A stretch of DNA of 64,000 nt from Vicugna vicugna (lineage: Eukaryota). The position numbers and the translations under genes are program-made. Positions within the stretch are counted from its first letter, which is position 1. Each line of letters opens with the position of its first letter. The notes beneath the pieces were generated by a model, which was not told the origin of the DNA, made no database searches, and was given only the letters and a program-made list of their open reading frames with translations. Of the stretch, positions 1 through 12,769 are shown in pieces. The stretch covers positions 1,370,941-1,434,940 of the forward strand of contig MU058844.1 of assembly GCA_013265495.1 (NCBI GenBank), in the 5' to 3' direction.

Positions 1-825
1 TATTTGTCTGTTTTCTCTATCCTTCTGAGATTCTTGACTGAAGTAATGTGTTATTTAAAATAATTGTTCAAAAACTTTTATTTTTTGTCATTCTACTCCC
101 AGAGCCTTGCACAGTACGTGGCACATGGTAGATGTTTAGTAAACTCAGTTAGTCACATTTGTTGAAGAAAATTACAGTTGCCTAGAATTAGTCATGTAAT
201 CCTTACAAAAATCACATGAGCTAAATTTGTCAGGTATTTGTGTTCTCATTTTACTGATAGGAAGATAGAGGAAAAATTTAATGATTTGCTCAAATTCTCT
301 CAGCTGATAAGACTGAATGAAAACAGGTCTTTGAACCCTGAAACCAGTGTTCTTTCTCCAAACACTGCCTCCAAAAAAAAAAAATACTATAAAGAATAGA
401 AATAACACTAATGAAACTGACAGACTGTATATGCTTGTTTGCATATCAATAAAGTGGGAAAGAAACAAGGAGGAAACTTCAGAATTGTACATGAATAAAA
501 TGTATTCAATTCATTCTCAAATAAAAATGGGATAAAAACCAAAACTTTCCATAGTTTTTTGTATCTCCAGCAATCTATATTTAAACAGATAGAATTCTTA
601 AAAAACAACAACAACAAAAAAAACTCTCCTATTCAACCTTTTGAAGTGAAAATTTACCTTTTAATGGGGAATCTTTATTCCACCATGGTGGTAAAATATA
701 AGTTCACAAGTTTGGTTATTTATTGTCAGTTTTAGGAGACTTTTTTTCCTAAACTACTATATTTAGCATATAAAAAAGACAGACTACAATATATTTGAGG
801 CCAGACTAGAAACGTCCATAGGAGG

Positions 826-1194
826 TGTCTTAGTCAGCTTGGGCTTGCCATGACAAAGTACCACAGACTGCGTGGCTTAAACAACAGACATTATTTCTCA
901 CACTCCTGGAGGCTGGGAACTCCAAGATCAAGGTGCCGGCTGATGATAGTTCTTTTCCTGCTTTGCAAATAGCTGCCTTCTTGCCGTGTCCTTATTTTGC
1001 TGAGAAAGCTTTCTCTGTCTCTTTCTTCCTTTTCTTATAAGATCACTAATTTAATCATTAGGGCCTTACCCTCATGACCTACTCTGGACCCAGTTACCTC
1101 CCAAAGGCCACATCTCCAAATATTGTCGTATTGGAGGTTAGGTCTTCAACATAGGAATTTAGTTTGGAGAGGGGGAAACATTCAGTTCATAATA
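826..1194 (-). mobile_element. MaLR solo LTR (MLT1A-like)
   Basis: Motif ...CAAAGTACCACAGACTGCGTGGCTTAAACAACAGACATTATTTCTCAC...GGAGGCTGGGAACTCCAAGATCAAGGTG. Flanked by imperfect 5-bp TSD GGAGG/GGTGG. Confidence 0.8.
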
Positions 1195-1571
1195 GGTGGC
1201 ATAACTAAAAGAAATAAAACTTGTTCCATCACACACACATACCACAGACACACACATACACACAGGACTTTAAGCCACACTTAGAACTTTGACAAGAAGA
1301 CCATGGGTAAGGTTTTGCCCAGTCTTGAGAAACTAAATTTGAATAATAGGAACTAGAGCAACGATCCACAATGGAAGACAAAATAAAGCTAAATAAGAAT
1401 GATTCATACATTTCATATTATTTTTAAAGAAATCAGAGATACTTAGATATAAATAAGTCAGCATAAAGATCAAACACTAATGTAACTGGCCCAGAAGAGC
1501 CTTTTGAATTTAACTTGAGCATCTTGAAGCTGTAAGAGCTGAAACATCCTCATTTAAAAGGGTGCAATGTT

Positions 1572-4195
1572 GGGAGAGAAGCAAGATGGCGGAGTAGAAG
1601 GATGCTTGTAGCTCACCCTCTCCCACAGATACACCAAAACTCACATCTACAGACCTACTTAGCCAACCAGAGCACCTGCTGAACTCCGACAGAACATCGC
1701 CCTCTTTGAAAGACAAAGACACCAAAAATCTGGTAGGAGAAAAGGAAAAAAGAAAGAAGAAAAAGCAAAACAGTGCAGGACCAGTCCCATGAGGAGGGAG
1801 CGGCAAAGGAGGACTGGCACTCATTCTCTGGGTCCCCCTCCTCCAATGGAGAAGCCAGCGGGACGGAAGGGGAGCGTCTGAGGCTCAGATCTGCCCCGAG
1901 CACCCTTTGACCGACAGAACTGAGTTAAACGGGCACAAAGGGTCCCCACAACACCCAGCCAGAGCCACGAGCCAGTACTGGGGCTGGGACAGGCCGCCCG
2001 AGCTGGATGGAGGACTGGGGCAGCTGCACTGAGGCAGCCCCAGGGGGCCACAGGGTGCTGCGCGCCATGGCTGGGAGGGGATATGGAGCAGAACAACCTG
2101 GGTCCCCCATAAATTGTGAAAAAAGCAAAGCAACACAGCTGGTGTGCCCTGGGGGGAGGGGCACAGTAGCCTTTGTCTCGTCAGCCTGTGCCACCATTAC
2201 TGGCGCATCTTGCTAGAAGAGAGGCGGGGCGCAGCCACAGTTGCCTTCTCTTCCTGTGCACAGATCCTGGGTGGGGCGGGGCTGAGACCTGAACCTGTAC
2301 CCGGGGCTCTGCAACCTCCTAGGCAGGACTGAGACTTGTTTACAGCCCGAGGCAGAGAGGATCTTTCTGCCCTGGCACCTCAGAGAACTTGCACCACCAA
2401 GACAAACAAGGAGCTGAGATTTGGCATGGAGCAGGGGTGGAGCTGTTCTGCCGTCTTCCCCGAGCCCACCTTTGGAGCATCGACCCGAGGCGGAGCAGGC
2501 AGCTGCACAGAGCAGCGGTGCAACCACTGCTGGGAGAGGGCGGGTGGCCACCCCCCTTCCTGGCAGGAATGCAGCACCTGACCATGGTGCTGGGAGGGGG
2601 CGCGATCTGCCCACCTGCCCTGCCTCCCCTCAAGCGCAGCATCTGACTGCAGCATCGGGAGGGGGAGTGACCCACCCGCCCACCAGGTAAGAGCTCAGCT
2701 CCTGACCCAGTGTTAGGAGGGGGTGCAATCTGCTAGCCAGCAGCCACTGGGAGCAGCACAGATAAAGGCGCCAACAGAGGGCCTCTGGAAGCAGCAAGCT
2801 GAGTTCGCGAAACAGGGCAAAGACACAAAGACCTCTCAATAAAATCATTAAGAGCACACCATCTCCAGGAGAACTAGATAACTGATACTCCTTAAGCCAC
2901 AGTGCCAGAGAGATATGAGCAATATGAAGAAGCAGAGGAACCACTCCCAATTAAAAGATCAAGAGAAATCCCCTGAAAGCACCATCAAGGAAATAGACAT
3001 TGATGGCCTACTAGATCAAGATTTCAAAAAAGGACTGATCAAAGTACTGAAAGAACTAAAGAAATAGTGTTTATAGATATAAAGTATGTCAAAAATGAAA
3101 TAGAAGCTATAAAGAAGAACCAAGTAGAATTAGTAAACTCATTTGCTGAGATGAGACCTGACCTAAAGGCTGTACAAAGCAGGCTAGATAATGCAGAGGA
3201 ACGAATAAGTGACCTAGAAGACAGGACAACAGAAAGCACCCAAGCAGAACAGCTGAGAGAAAAACAAATAAAAAACAATATAAGGGACGTATGGGATAAT
3301 ATAAAGCGTGCCAATCTACACATAATAGGGGTTCCAGAAGGGGAAGAAAGAACAAAGGGGATTGAAAGGTATTTGAAGAAATCATGACTGAAAACTTCCC
3401 AAACCTAAAGAAAGAATCAGATATCCAAGTACAGGAGACTTAGAGGGTCCCAAACAGGAAGAACCCAAACAGACCTACACCAAGATATAACATAATCAAG
3501 ATGGCCAGAGTCAAGGATAAAGAAATGATCCTAAAGGCAGCAAGAGAAAAACAAAAAGTGAGTTACAAGAGAACCCCCATAAGGCTCTCAGCTGATTTCT
3601 CTACACAAACACTACAGGCCAGAAGGGAGTGCACCCCAGCACTATTTACAATAGCCAAGACACGGAAGCGGCCTAGATGTCCATCAACAGATGACTGAAT
3701 AAAGAAGATGTGGTATATTTATACGATAGAATACTATTCAGCCATAAAAACCGACAACATAACGCCATTTGCAGCAACATGGATGTTCCTGGAGAATGTC
3801 ATTCTAAGTGAAGTAAGCCAGAAAGAGAAAGAAAAATACCATATGAGATTGCTCATATGAGGAATCTAAAAAAAAAAACAAAAACAAAAACACAAACAAA
3901 ACATAAATACAAAACAGAAACAGACTCATAGACATAGAATACAAACTTGTGGTTGCCAAGGGGGCAGAGGGTGGAAAGGGACAGACTGGGATTTTAAAAT
4001 GCAGAATAGATAAACAAGATTATACTGTACAGCACAGGGAAAAATCTTGTGGTAGCTCATAGTGGGAAAAAAATGTGGCAATGAATATATACATGTTCAT
4101 GTATGACTGAAAAATTATGCTCTACACTAGAACTTGACACAACATTGTAAAATAACTATTACTCAATAAAAGTAAAAATAAATAAAAGTATTAAA
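1572..4195 (+). mobile_element. LINE-1 derivative with full 5' UTR, disrupted ORF1 fused to the ORF2 C-terminus, 3' UTR and A-rich tail
   Basis: Starts GGGAGAGAAGCAAGATGGCGG (YY1-type L1 start). GC-rich UTR, then ORF1 peptides (RLDNAEERISDLED, NLHIIGVPEGEE, PIRLSADFS) and the ORF2 tail (ALFTIAK...WYIYT.EYYSAIK). Perfect 16-bp TSD AAAAGGGTGCAATGTT at 1556-1571 and 4196-4211. Confidence 0.93.
2915..3869 (+). pseudogene. Disrupted L1 ORF1 / ORF2-C-terminus fusion reading frame
   Basis: ATG 2915 (MSNMKKQRNHSQLK). -1 frameshifts near 3060 and 3365. In-frame stops at 3441, 3696 and 3858; terminal TAA 3867-3869. ORF1/ORF2 junction at 3630-3631. Confidence 0.85.
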
Positions 4196-4539
4196 AAAAG
4201 GGTGCAATGTTCATAGAATCCATTTATTTGAAATTTAAAACTATTCTATTGACAGTGGTTTCCAATTTATTACCAACATGGAAGAAAATGAGCACGTTTT
4301 AAATTTTGCTTTGTTCTATTCAATCCACAAAAACAAAACAAAGTGTATATTGTTATGCTCTTACACCTCAGTCCTTGTGAAAAAGGTTGATGACCAACAT
4401 AACCACCAGATAATCAAAAACTTGTCTTGATGAATTGTGATATTAAGGTTGAAATCCTGCACACAGTGTGTATTTACTTTTGTTTGTGTCCTGCCTGCTT
4501 TCAAACAGAATTTATGGCAGTAAAAAATGAATTATGATA

Positions 4540-5110
4540 ATTGTCAACTCATATTGGATTACAAGGGCCAAAAAACCTCAACTCTGGTGGTTTAAGCACA
4601 ACAGGGAATTTATTGGTCCACATAGTTGAAGTCCTGAGGTAGAACCCACATCTAATACAACAAAATCCAAGAATTCAAAGAGGTCAGCAGGCCTCAGTCT
4701 CCCCATCTTCATATCTCAGCTCTGCCTTCCTTTGGGCTGACTCCATTCTCAGCTACTCTCTTTACTGTGGAGCAAGATGGGAGCCAGAAACTCTAGCTTT
4801 CCATCCCATCCTCTTGGCCATTCTAGTGGAAAATTAGCACCTCCTTTACAGTCATGTAAAAGCATTCAAAGGCGCTTTGATAGACCTGACTTGTGCCACA
4901 TCATGGCTTGATTCTTGATCCAGTACTGAGACCAGGGCAACAGAGCACACTGGCCTGACCTGGGTCATGTTTCCACCCTTGACTCTCAAAGAATGAATCC
5001 CCTCTAAACCACATGGACTGAGAATGGGGAAAAGAAAGTGACCAAGGAGTATTGAGATGCCTTTACCACAAAAGGGGAAAATATTCTTCTGGTAGTTGAA
5101 CATTGTCCAT
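4540..5110 (-). mobile_element. Old MaLR LTR (MLT1J/K-like)
   Basis: Degenerate GGATTACAAG...GGTTTAAGCACAACAGGGAATTTATTGG...CTCAGCTCTGCCTTCC...TGACCTGGGTCATG pattern typical of old MLT1. Edges approximate. Confidence 0.55.
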
Positions 5111-6827
5111 GTCTGCCACCATCACAGTTCAAAGAAATTGAATTAGTGACAAATACTGGAAAGAAAAAGTCATGTAGAAATGTGGTGGTGGTCTTGGAGG
5201 GTAGGTGGAAAGGAAGGGGAGACAGTATGTTATAGAAACCTGGATTGAGAAAAGATAGAATAGTCAAGTGTAAAACCTTGCTCTGGGTTTCTAAGAAGTC
5301 AAGGCAAGGAGAGACACTCAATTTCCTAACCTAAAGAAAGGAAGCTCCCAGCCTGTCGGGTGATACGGATACATTTCTGGCTCTGAATTCTGAAAATAAC
5401 TTGTCTCCAAGGCCTTTGAACAACGTAATGAGGTGCTGTGTTTTCAAAAAGCAAGTTATTAAATAGAGGTGGTTCACATTTTGCTCAATGAAAGCCAGGG
5501 ACATAGCATTACACTATAGCTCTGTAAAGTCAATTATTCAAAAGGCTAGAGTGACACAGTCCAAGTATGTAACCTAATGAAGGACTCCCAGGTAAAAAAC
5601 CTGCAGTGAAATACTAGCCCTACTACTTATTAGCAGGGCCATCCTAGCTACGTCCCTCTCATTCCCTGAGCTTATGTTTTTTAATATAAAGAGGTGGTAA
5701 TAATATCAATATTTTCTGACTATATGTGAAAATTAAATTAAGTAACATATAAAAGTACTTTAACTCTTTAATATATATACAAATATGTAACGTATTTTCA
5801 TCAAATGAAACTCTAGGATCTTCTAGATAAAGGATGAAGTTAGATCAGATTATATATAGTTTATAATTAATGACATAAAAGTTCAACTGAAGAGCCATTA
5901 AATATAAAAGGCTATTTTAAGTTTTCATTGCAGCTCTAATAAAAACCTTTTTTACTCCCCCTTTTTATTGTTTTGCTCTTAAACTTCCCAAGTTTCAAGT
6001 AAGTGAGGTGTCATTGACAAAAGAAACAGTTGTTTTTATTTGTGAAGTATTTTAAGGCAGGGATTATGACACTGAATAAAGCTTTGTAGGTATTATTATT
6101 ACCAATATGAGCACTATTGCCACCATTACTTCCACCAATTGCTGCAATTTATTGAGCATTTACTATTGACCAGACAAGGAAATGAAACACTTTGCACACA
6201 TTAAAAATACAATCCTTGAACAAGGAATGAGAAGGGTGAATTTTATAATGCCCGTCAAGAGCAGTAAAACATTAGGCTAATCACTTATCTCTGGTCCTGG
6301 GTTTCTCTCAGCTTGGATCAATATGATTGCACATTTTTAAAGTTTCCTTCTAGACTTCAATATCCTATTACTACTTTGTCAGGGTCAACTTAGTGGTGAA
6401 AAAGATTGCCTTCTTACTTTTGTGATATGTTATAAGCACTTCTACCCTGATTATAAATTGATACTTTTCTTAGAAAGTTCTCTTTGGTAATTTATAAAAA
6501 GCAGCACCATTTTTTTTTCTTCAATGAAACTGATATGATACTCTTCCAGAAGAGAGAAGAGCATGTCTTTTACAATATGTGGAATTTTGTGGAATGTGCT
6601 CCCTTAAGGAGAATAGTAAGGAGCCAGTAAGTTTGTGTCATTGCCTTAATTTATGTGTGGCAATTGTGTTTCAAGTGAAAATTCATTTTTAATCGTATTT
6701 ATTTATTTATTTAAGTTTTTTAAATTAAGGTATAATGGACATAATATGATTTCTTAATTAAGTCCCCTAGCAATTGAATGGCTTTCATCAGTTAAGATCA
6801 TACTTAATATACCGAAATGGTACCTAG

Positions 6828-7010
6828 CAGTGGTTTTCAGTTTTGGCTACACATAATAGTCACTGGGGAACTTTAAAAAATATCAGTGCCTAAATCCCAC
6901 CACAGAGATTCTGATGCAGTTGGTCCAAGGGGCAGGCTGGATATTGGGATTATTTTTCCTATTGCTTTCCTACAGGATTCTAATGTGTAGTCAAGATTGA
7001 GATTTACTGC
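6828..7010. mobile_element. MER5-like hAT-Charlie MITE
   Basis: CAGTGGTTTTCAG...TCACTGGGGAACTTTAAAAAATA...CAGAGATTCTGAT...GATTCTAATGTGTAG...TTGAGATTTACTG. Confidence 0.7.
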
Positions 7011-8959
7011 CCATCTGGTATTATCAGTGAGGCAGGGCATCACGTACTTGAAGATGAGAAGTGCCAATCAGGATGAGGTGGTGGATGCACTGTTCTAAAA
7101 AAATTAGCAGAATCGACCAGTCAGACCCCAGCTAATGCTTATATGATATGTAAAACCAGCAGTATAGAAAATGTCTGGTTGTAAGAAGGATTTTTTACTT
7201 ACATATGTTATTTGGGAGGCTCATTGACTGAATTAAAATGGAGAAGAAATGTATGTCATCTTCAGTGGAAAAAGCCTGTGTAAGTCTTGTTCTTTTTCTT
7301 TTTCTTTTTTTCTGCTGGTTTTTAATTGTCAAAATCCAGAGGAGGCACCTGGGAAAGGTGATCTATATTTACCACGTTCTTCTGACCCTCTCACCCCTTT
7401 TAGGTGACATTAAATTTTCTTTTCTAATTCCATGGTCTTTTGGACATAGTTTATAATATCATTGTATCCTATAGTATCTTTTTTAATTGACAAAACCAAT
7501 AGACACGAGAAATCATTACCAAAATAGAAAACCAACTCGAGTAATTGTTTGGGGATTTCTTTGCTTTCTTAAGTAAAATCCAACACATGGTGCTGTCCTG
7601 GCATGTTTGGAAAATTATGCCCATTATATTTCTCTGTTTGCTTTTTAAACCTACTTCTTTCATTTCTTGCAAATTTTTCTGTCCAAAGCTAAATTGATTC
7701 TGCACAGCAAAGATAAACTCCAGTCCAGAAACTGGAAAGAAAATGTTTATGTAGTTGAGGTGCATATTTATAGAATTCCTGATTTGGTGGTACGACCTGG
7801 ATGATCAGCAGTCTAGCTTCTGCTGGATACAATAGCCCTTTTTTAGTTCTTTGAAATGAGAGGTTTTCATCTCCACTGTAAAGCTTGTCAGATCTGGTCT
7901 ACAGATGGCTGATATTTGTGATCTTTATCTGCTTGTGACTTCTTAGATGAAATTTTGAGGTTATATGTATAAATAATATGGAAGGAAGTGAATGCTTGAG
8001 GTTAATGTTTGCAGGAAAAACCAAGGAGGGGACTTTTTGCTAAAGGTTTTTTTGAAAAGCTGCTCTACTTCCTACAGATTGATGTAATAACCCCCAGATA
8101 AGGGGTTTTCACATTTTTTTCATCAGTTTTTATAATGAAACAAAAACGTGTCCCATAATCTGAGGCAGAGAGAAATACTCAAACTTGTCATAGTGTTATA
8201 CAATTTTTGTTTGTTTGTTTGCCTTTCCATTTTATGATGCACCTTATGAAACTTGACAAATGCCAAGAAGTAGAAAGTAATAGACCCTGACACTGTTGAT
8301 TATTCAGGAAGGATATGGTTTGACATTTAAGGCCAACTGAAGCTTCTCACTCCTATCGTATCAAACCTGGTATATCGCAGGCTCCTCTGGGCCTACACCC
8401 TCTGTCTATTGTCCTACACGTGTAGAAAAACTGATACAATTCTAGCAGATTTGGGGAGAAAAAAGTAAGATCCTTTGTCGTACCAGGATGGTGGGCATTT
8501 ATCAAACTATAGTATTTCTCAAGCTACAATTGTATAATCATGACAAATGAAAAAATCCTTTCAGAAATGCCTATACGTATAAAAGCAAAACATTGACTGT
8601 GATCAAACAATGTAGACAAAACAGAGTGGCTTTGCTGCTGTCTCACTGGGATCCAAACAAAACAAAGAGAGGAAGATTATGTTATATTTTGACTATCAGA
8701 CTTGCTTCATGCATCAAAAGTGTTTCCTAAAAATTAGCTCTGAAATCAGAGAAAATAAGCATACTTTACTACTATTTTGGTGTATTAGGAGTATCAGAGA
8801 GAGAATTAAAGAAAGCATTCTGTTGGAAGCAGCCAAGGTAATATAATCACATGGGCAAGATACTAATGAACAGATAGTTGGTACATGGGTTGTCTTTGGA
8901 AGTGGAGGCAGGAGTGGTGGGGTGATGAGCACACAATATCCACATACAACATAGCAAAT

Positions 8960-9195
8960 TTCTTAGGCACCTGGACTTCATAATCACACTACTTGGTTTC
9001 AAAATCCTGCTTTTGCCAAGTATTGGAGACTTTGGGAAAAAAGTGTATAGTCTGTGCCTCAGTCTTTTCATCTTTGAAATAGGAAAGTACCTATCTTTAT
9101 GGTCTTGTTGTAAAGATGAGATAAGATACTTGATACAAAGAGTCTGGCACAGTGCATAATAAATACTAAGTGCTCAAATGTTAGGTAATATTACT
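8960..9195 (+). mobile_element. MIR SINE
   Basis: Core CTGTGCCTCAGTCTTTTCATCTTTGAAATAGG...TTGTAAAGATGAGATAAGAT. Confidence 0.65.
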
Positions 9196-9412
9196 ACAAA
9201 TTTTTTGACACCAGTTACTTACTCTCAACCTCAATGTCCTCGCTTGTCAAATACGGAACTGATTTTAGCAATGACACACATAAAGTTATGTGTATGAGTC
9301 AGCATATGATATTGTACACTCATGTTTTCCTAATTCTTTGAAAATGAGAAGGGAAAATGAGTTGGTAGCTGTTTGCAATTTTCTAGGACCACAGCTGCAG
9401 TTAGAATGGTGC

Positions 9413-9874
9413 TGAGTTAGTTTCCTAGGGTGGCCATGACAAATTACCACTAAGTAGGTGGCTTAACACAATAGAAATTTATTCTCTCTCAGTTTGTTAG
9501 AGAGCAGAAGTCTGAAGTCAAGGTACCAGCAGGGCCATGTTCCCTCTGAAGGCCCTGAGGGAGCATCCTTCCTTGACTCTTCCAACTTCTGGTGGTTCCT
9601 GGTATTCCTTGCTCTATAGCAGCATAACTCCAACCTCTGCCTCTGTTTTCACATGGCCATCTTCTTTATGTATGCCTGTCTCCAATCTCTGTCTCCTTTC
9701 TGTTATAAAGACACCAGTCATTGGATTTAGTCTACCCTAAATGGAGGATAATTTCATGAGGAAATCCTAAACTAACTGCATCTGTAAAGACTTTATTTTC
9801 AAATAAAGTCACATTCTGAGGTTTTGGGTAGAAATTAATTTGGGGGAGGGCACTATAATTTTCAACCCACTACA
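9413..9874 (-). mobile_element. MaLR solo LTR (MLT1B/C-like)
   Basis: TTAGTTTCCTAGGGTGGCCATGACAAATTACCAC...GGTGGCTTAACACAATAGAAATTTATTCTCTC...AAATAAAGTCACATTCTGAGGT...TTCAACCCACTACA. Confidence 0.8.
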
Positions 9875-10294
9875 GTGGTGATATTTCGAAATGCCTCCAG
9901 CTCCTTCTTGCCATTTATCTTATTTTTACTTCAACCTATTCACTCAGCCCACATTTGGGAGTATCTACTGTGTCAGATCGTGAGACACAAAGGTAGTTCC
10001 TTTAAAGAGTTCATAGTATTTTGAGAAAGATGCACATTAAGCAGGTCTCTGGAACAGAGAGGGAAAAGGTATTTGATCCCTAGTGGTTGGAGAGGGCTCC
10101 CTGAAGGAAGTAAAACCTGCAGCTGTTATGAGTTCTTTACTCATTTACTTAAAGTATAAGTGCAGATGAAGGTATATGAGGAGAAAGAAAGAAATGAACT
10201 TTACCAGACAGGCCACTGTTTCCATCTGGATTACACAGAACTACGCAACTTTCTTAGGTGCCCAACCAACTTTCTGCAAATAGGATTGCATCCA

Positions 10295-10448
10295 GGGGTA
10301 GGGGGATATATCTCAGTGGTAATGTGCATGCTTAGCATGCACAAGGTCCTGGGTTTAATCCCCAGTACCTCCATTAAGTAAATAAATAAACCTAATTACC
10401 GCCTCCCACAAAATAATTTTTAAAATAAAGATAAAAAAATATTTTAAA
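10295..10448 (+). mobile_element. tRNA-Ala(AGC)-derived SINE (camelid vic-1-like)
   Basis: Head TCTCAGTGGTAATGTGCATGCTTAGCATGCACAAGGTCCTGGGTTTAATCCCCAGTACCTCCA, then AAATAAACCTAATTACC and an A-rich tail. 17-bp TSD with 2 mismatches at 10278-10294 and 10449-10465. Confidence 0.88.
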
Positions 10449-12577
10449 AAACAGGGTTGCATCCAAAATTCCAGGCAAACAAATATCAATGGGTAACAAA
10501 TTAGAACCCTGGAATGTAATAACATTTAATTTAAAATAGAGCACTGACTTTGAGTCTTCTGTCTATGAAAAATACATCTTTATCTAATATGAGAAAAATA
10601 TATTGCAAGATGTATATATTTCTGATTATTAATTCACTGGAACAGAATGTCACTGATTTCTAAGTTATTTAATTGACTAGAGATTGCCATAATATATGGT
10701 GATACTTAAGCTCTTTCTATGGTTAGGTTTCTTTTAAGGAGTTTCTTTTTATTTTATCTAATTTCATAAATATAATAGTTTAAAATACTCCCCTGCAGCT
10801 AAGTGGTAACTGAAACCTAGATGTTAACTCGTCATTGCACCTCGTTTTGTGAAAATAACTTCAAAGGTGCAAGAACACTTATTTACAGCACTTGGAATGT
10901 GACAACTGTGCTATCTCTAGACTTCGTGAAGTTCACCTCCACCTCCCCCTACCCCTCACCTAGATTCTTGGTGAGTGGAGGTGTTATGTTTTCCATGATA
11001 GAGGCTGTGTCCTCAGACAGAAAATCACATGTGCAAGTTGTGTCACAAGGATTCTATTATATTTCTACAACTACTTCTGCTGGCAGGAGCTGGCTTTTAT
11101 CAGCCCAAAACCAGGTTCTGAAGCTATTCTGAAGATGCCTTTGCTTTCAGAAAGCCCTGGTATCTACTGAAGAGTAATTATTAATCTGAGGTAGTTAAAC
11201 AGAGGGGACTGACACTGAGTGAAATTGTGTAGGTATACATTTTCATCATCCTCTTGCTTCCCTTTGCTATACACTCAATATCTGAATAGGCAAAAGAAGC
11301 ATAAAGATTTTCAAAGTGGGTCAATAAGCCTTGATATGTTTAAACCTTGAGTTAACTTTTTATTGTTTTACAAATTAGAAAATGGTAAGGAACCAATATG
11401 GTGTCATGAAAAATAAATGCGACAGTGATGTCTTACTGCTTCCAAGAGCGGAGTTTTTCACAACTGTCCTTCAAAGCCTAGTTTTACTTATCCAGCCATC
11501 TGTCATTGCCACCTTTAAGATTCCTTTAAAATGTAATGAAAGATATGAACCTTCTCATTAAAATAATGCATCAGTACAATTTACAAATATTTTCTGTGGA
11601 TTATTAGTAGAGTCACATCTCATTTTCCTAGAGACCAAGCCTGTTCTCCTACCATCTTTAGGCTCAGACTCACGCCCTCAGGTTGGAATGAGGTGGGGGC
11701 TAGGGTGGCAGTTACACTTCTCCCCTTCCATGCCAGGCTAGCTTCTTCCAAATTGTCACCCTGCAGACAGACCCACTGATCCTTCTTATTTGAGGCATTT
11801 GTCTGTCAGTCACTATGGGAAAATACTACGGGGAAACATCAGCAGGTGGATTCCAAAGGTAACAACAGGGCAGCTAAAAAGCTTAACTCATAAAAGGCCC
11901 TCACCCTCTTGCTGAGAGGGGTATAGGAATGCTACCTTTAATGGATGCTGACTGATTTTTTTCTTTCAAGATGGTTCTCTTCTGATGAACTTGTTGGTTG
12001 AATTCTTTTTCTTTTTAGGAAAAACCAGCATGTTTTGAAAGTTATCCCTGGAGTAGATTTATCTCAAGTAGATAATTTGCATCCCTGTGCTCCTGTGAAT
12101 GGATAATGGCTTTGGTCACACCCAAACTTGGGGATTTTTTTTTTTTTCACTACACTGATTGCCTGATCTTTTCCCTAAGAAATAGCTAAGTGTCGTTAAT
12201 TTCTTATAAAAGGCCAATAATTTTTAACCTTGTAAGGGAACTGGAAAGAGGAATATCTTTAAGGAAAGAGTTCATTCATTAAAAAAAAAACTTAGTACTC
12301 ACCTACTAAAAGTAAAAGGTCGCAGCCTGAGAATACAAAGATTATTTAAAAAGAAAACTGCCGATTCGTATTTCACAACCAATTTTCATTGTTTTCCTAT
12401 CTTTTCTATCTTATATTCTTCTCTAACTCAACTTCATTGTGTTGCAGCCTGAATATTTCTTCAGCTTTATGGGATTATTTTGAGTTCAAAAAAAAATGTC
12501 CATTATTCTGAATTTCATACCTTTTTTTTTCTTTTTAAATCACTGTTCAGGCTTTTTTCCTCCATAACTCCTCTATC

Positions 12578-12769
12578 TACAGTTGCCAGATTAGCAATAC
12601 AAAACACAGGACGCACAGTTCAATTTGAATTTCAGATAAACAGCAAATAGTTTTTTACTGTGAATATGTCCCAAGTGTTGCATGAGACATACTTATACTA
12701 AAAAAAAAAAAAAGTTGTTTATCAGATTCTGATTTACCTGGGCATCTTGTATTTTATCTGGCAGCCCTA
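12578..12769. mobile_element. MER53 palindromic DNA-transposon MITE
   Basis: GTTGCCAGAT...CAGTTCAATTTGAATTTCAGATAAAC...TATGTCCCA...TGAGACATACTTATACTAAAA...ATCTGGCAGCCCTA. The element is close to a full-length inverted repeat. Confidence 0.85.

Noticed and set aside
1510..2950. Many overlapping ORFs of 60-130 aa on both strands
   Set aside because: They lie in the GC-rich L1 5' UTR. None can be supported as an ORF0-like product from sequence alone.
10295..10373. tRNA-Ala(AGC)-like sequences (also at about 22105-22177, 31206-31277 and 54173-54248)
   Set aside because: They carry SINE tails, mostly have TSDs and show stem-breaking substitutions, so they are SINEs rather than tRNA genes.
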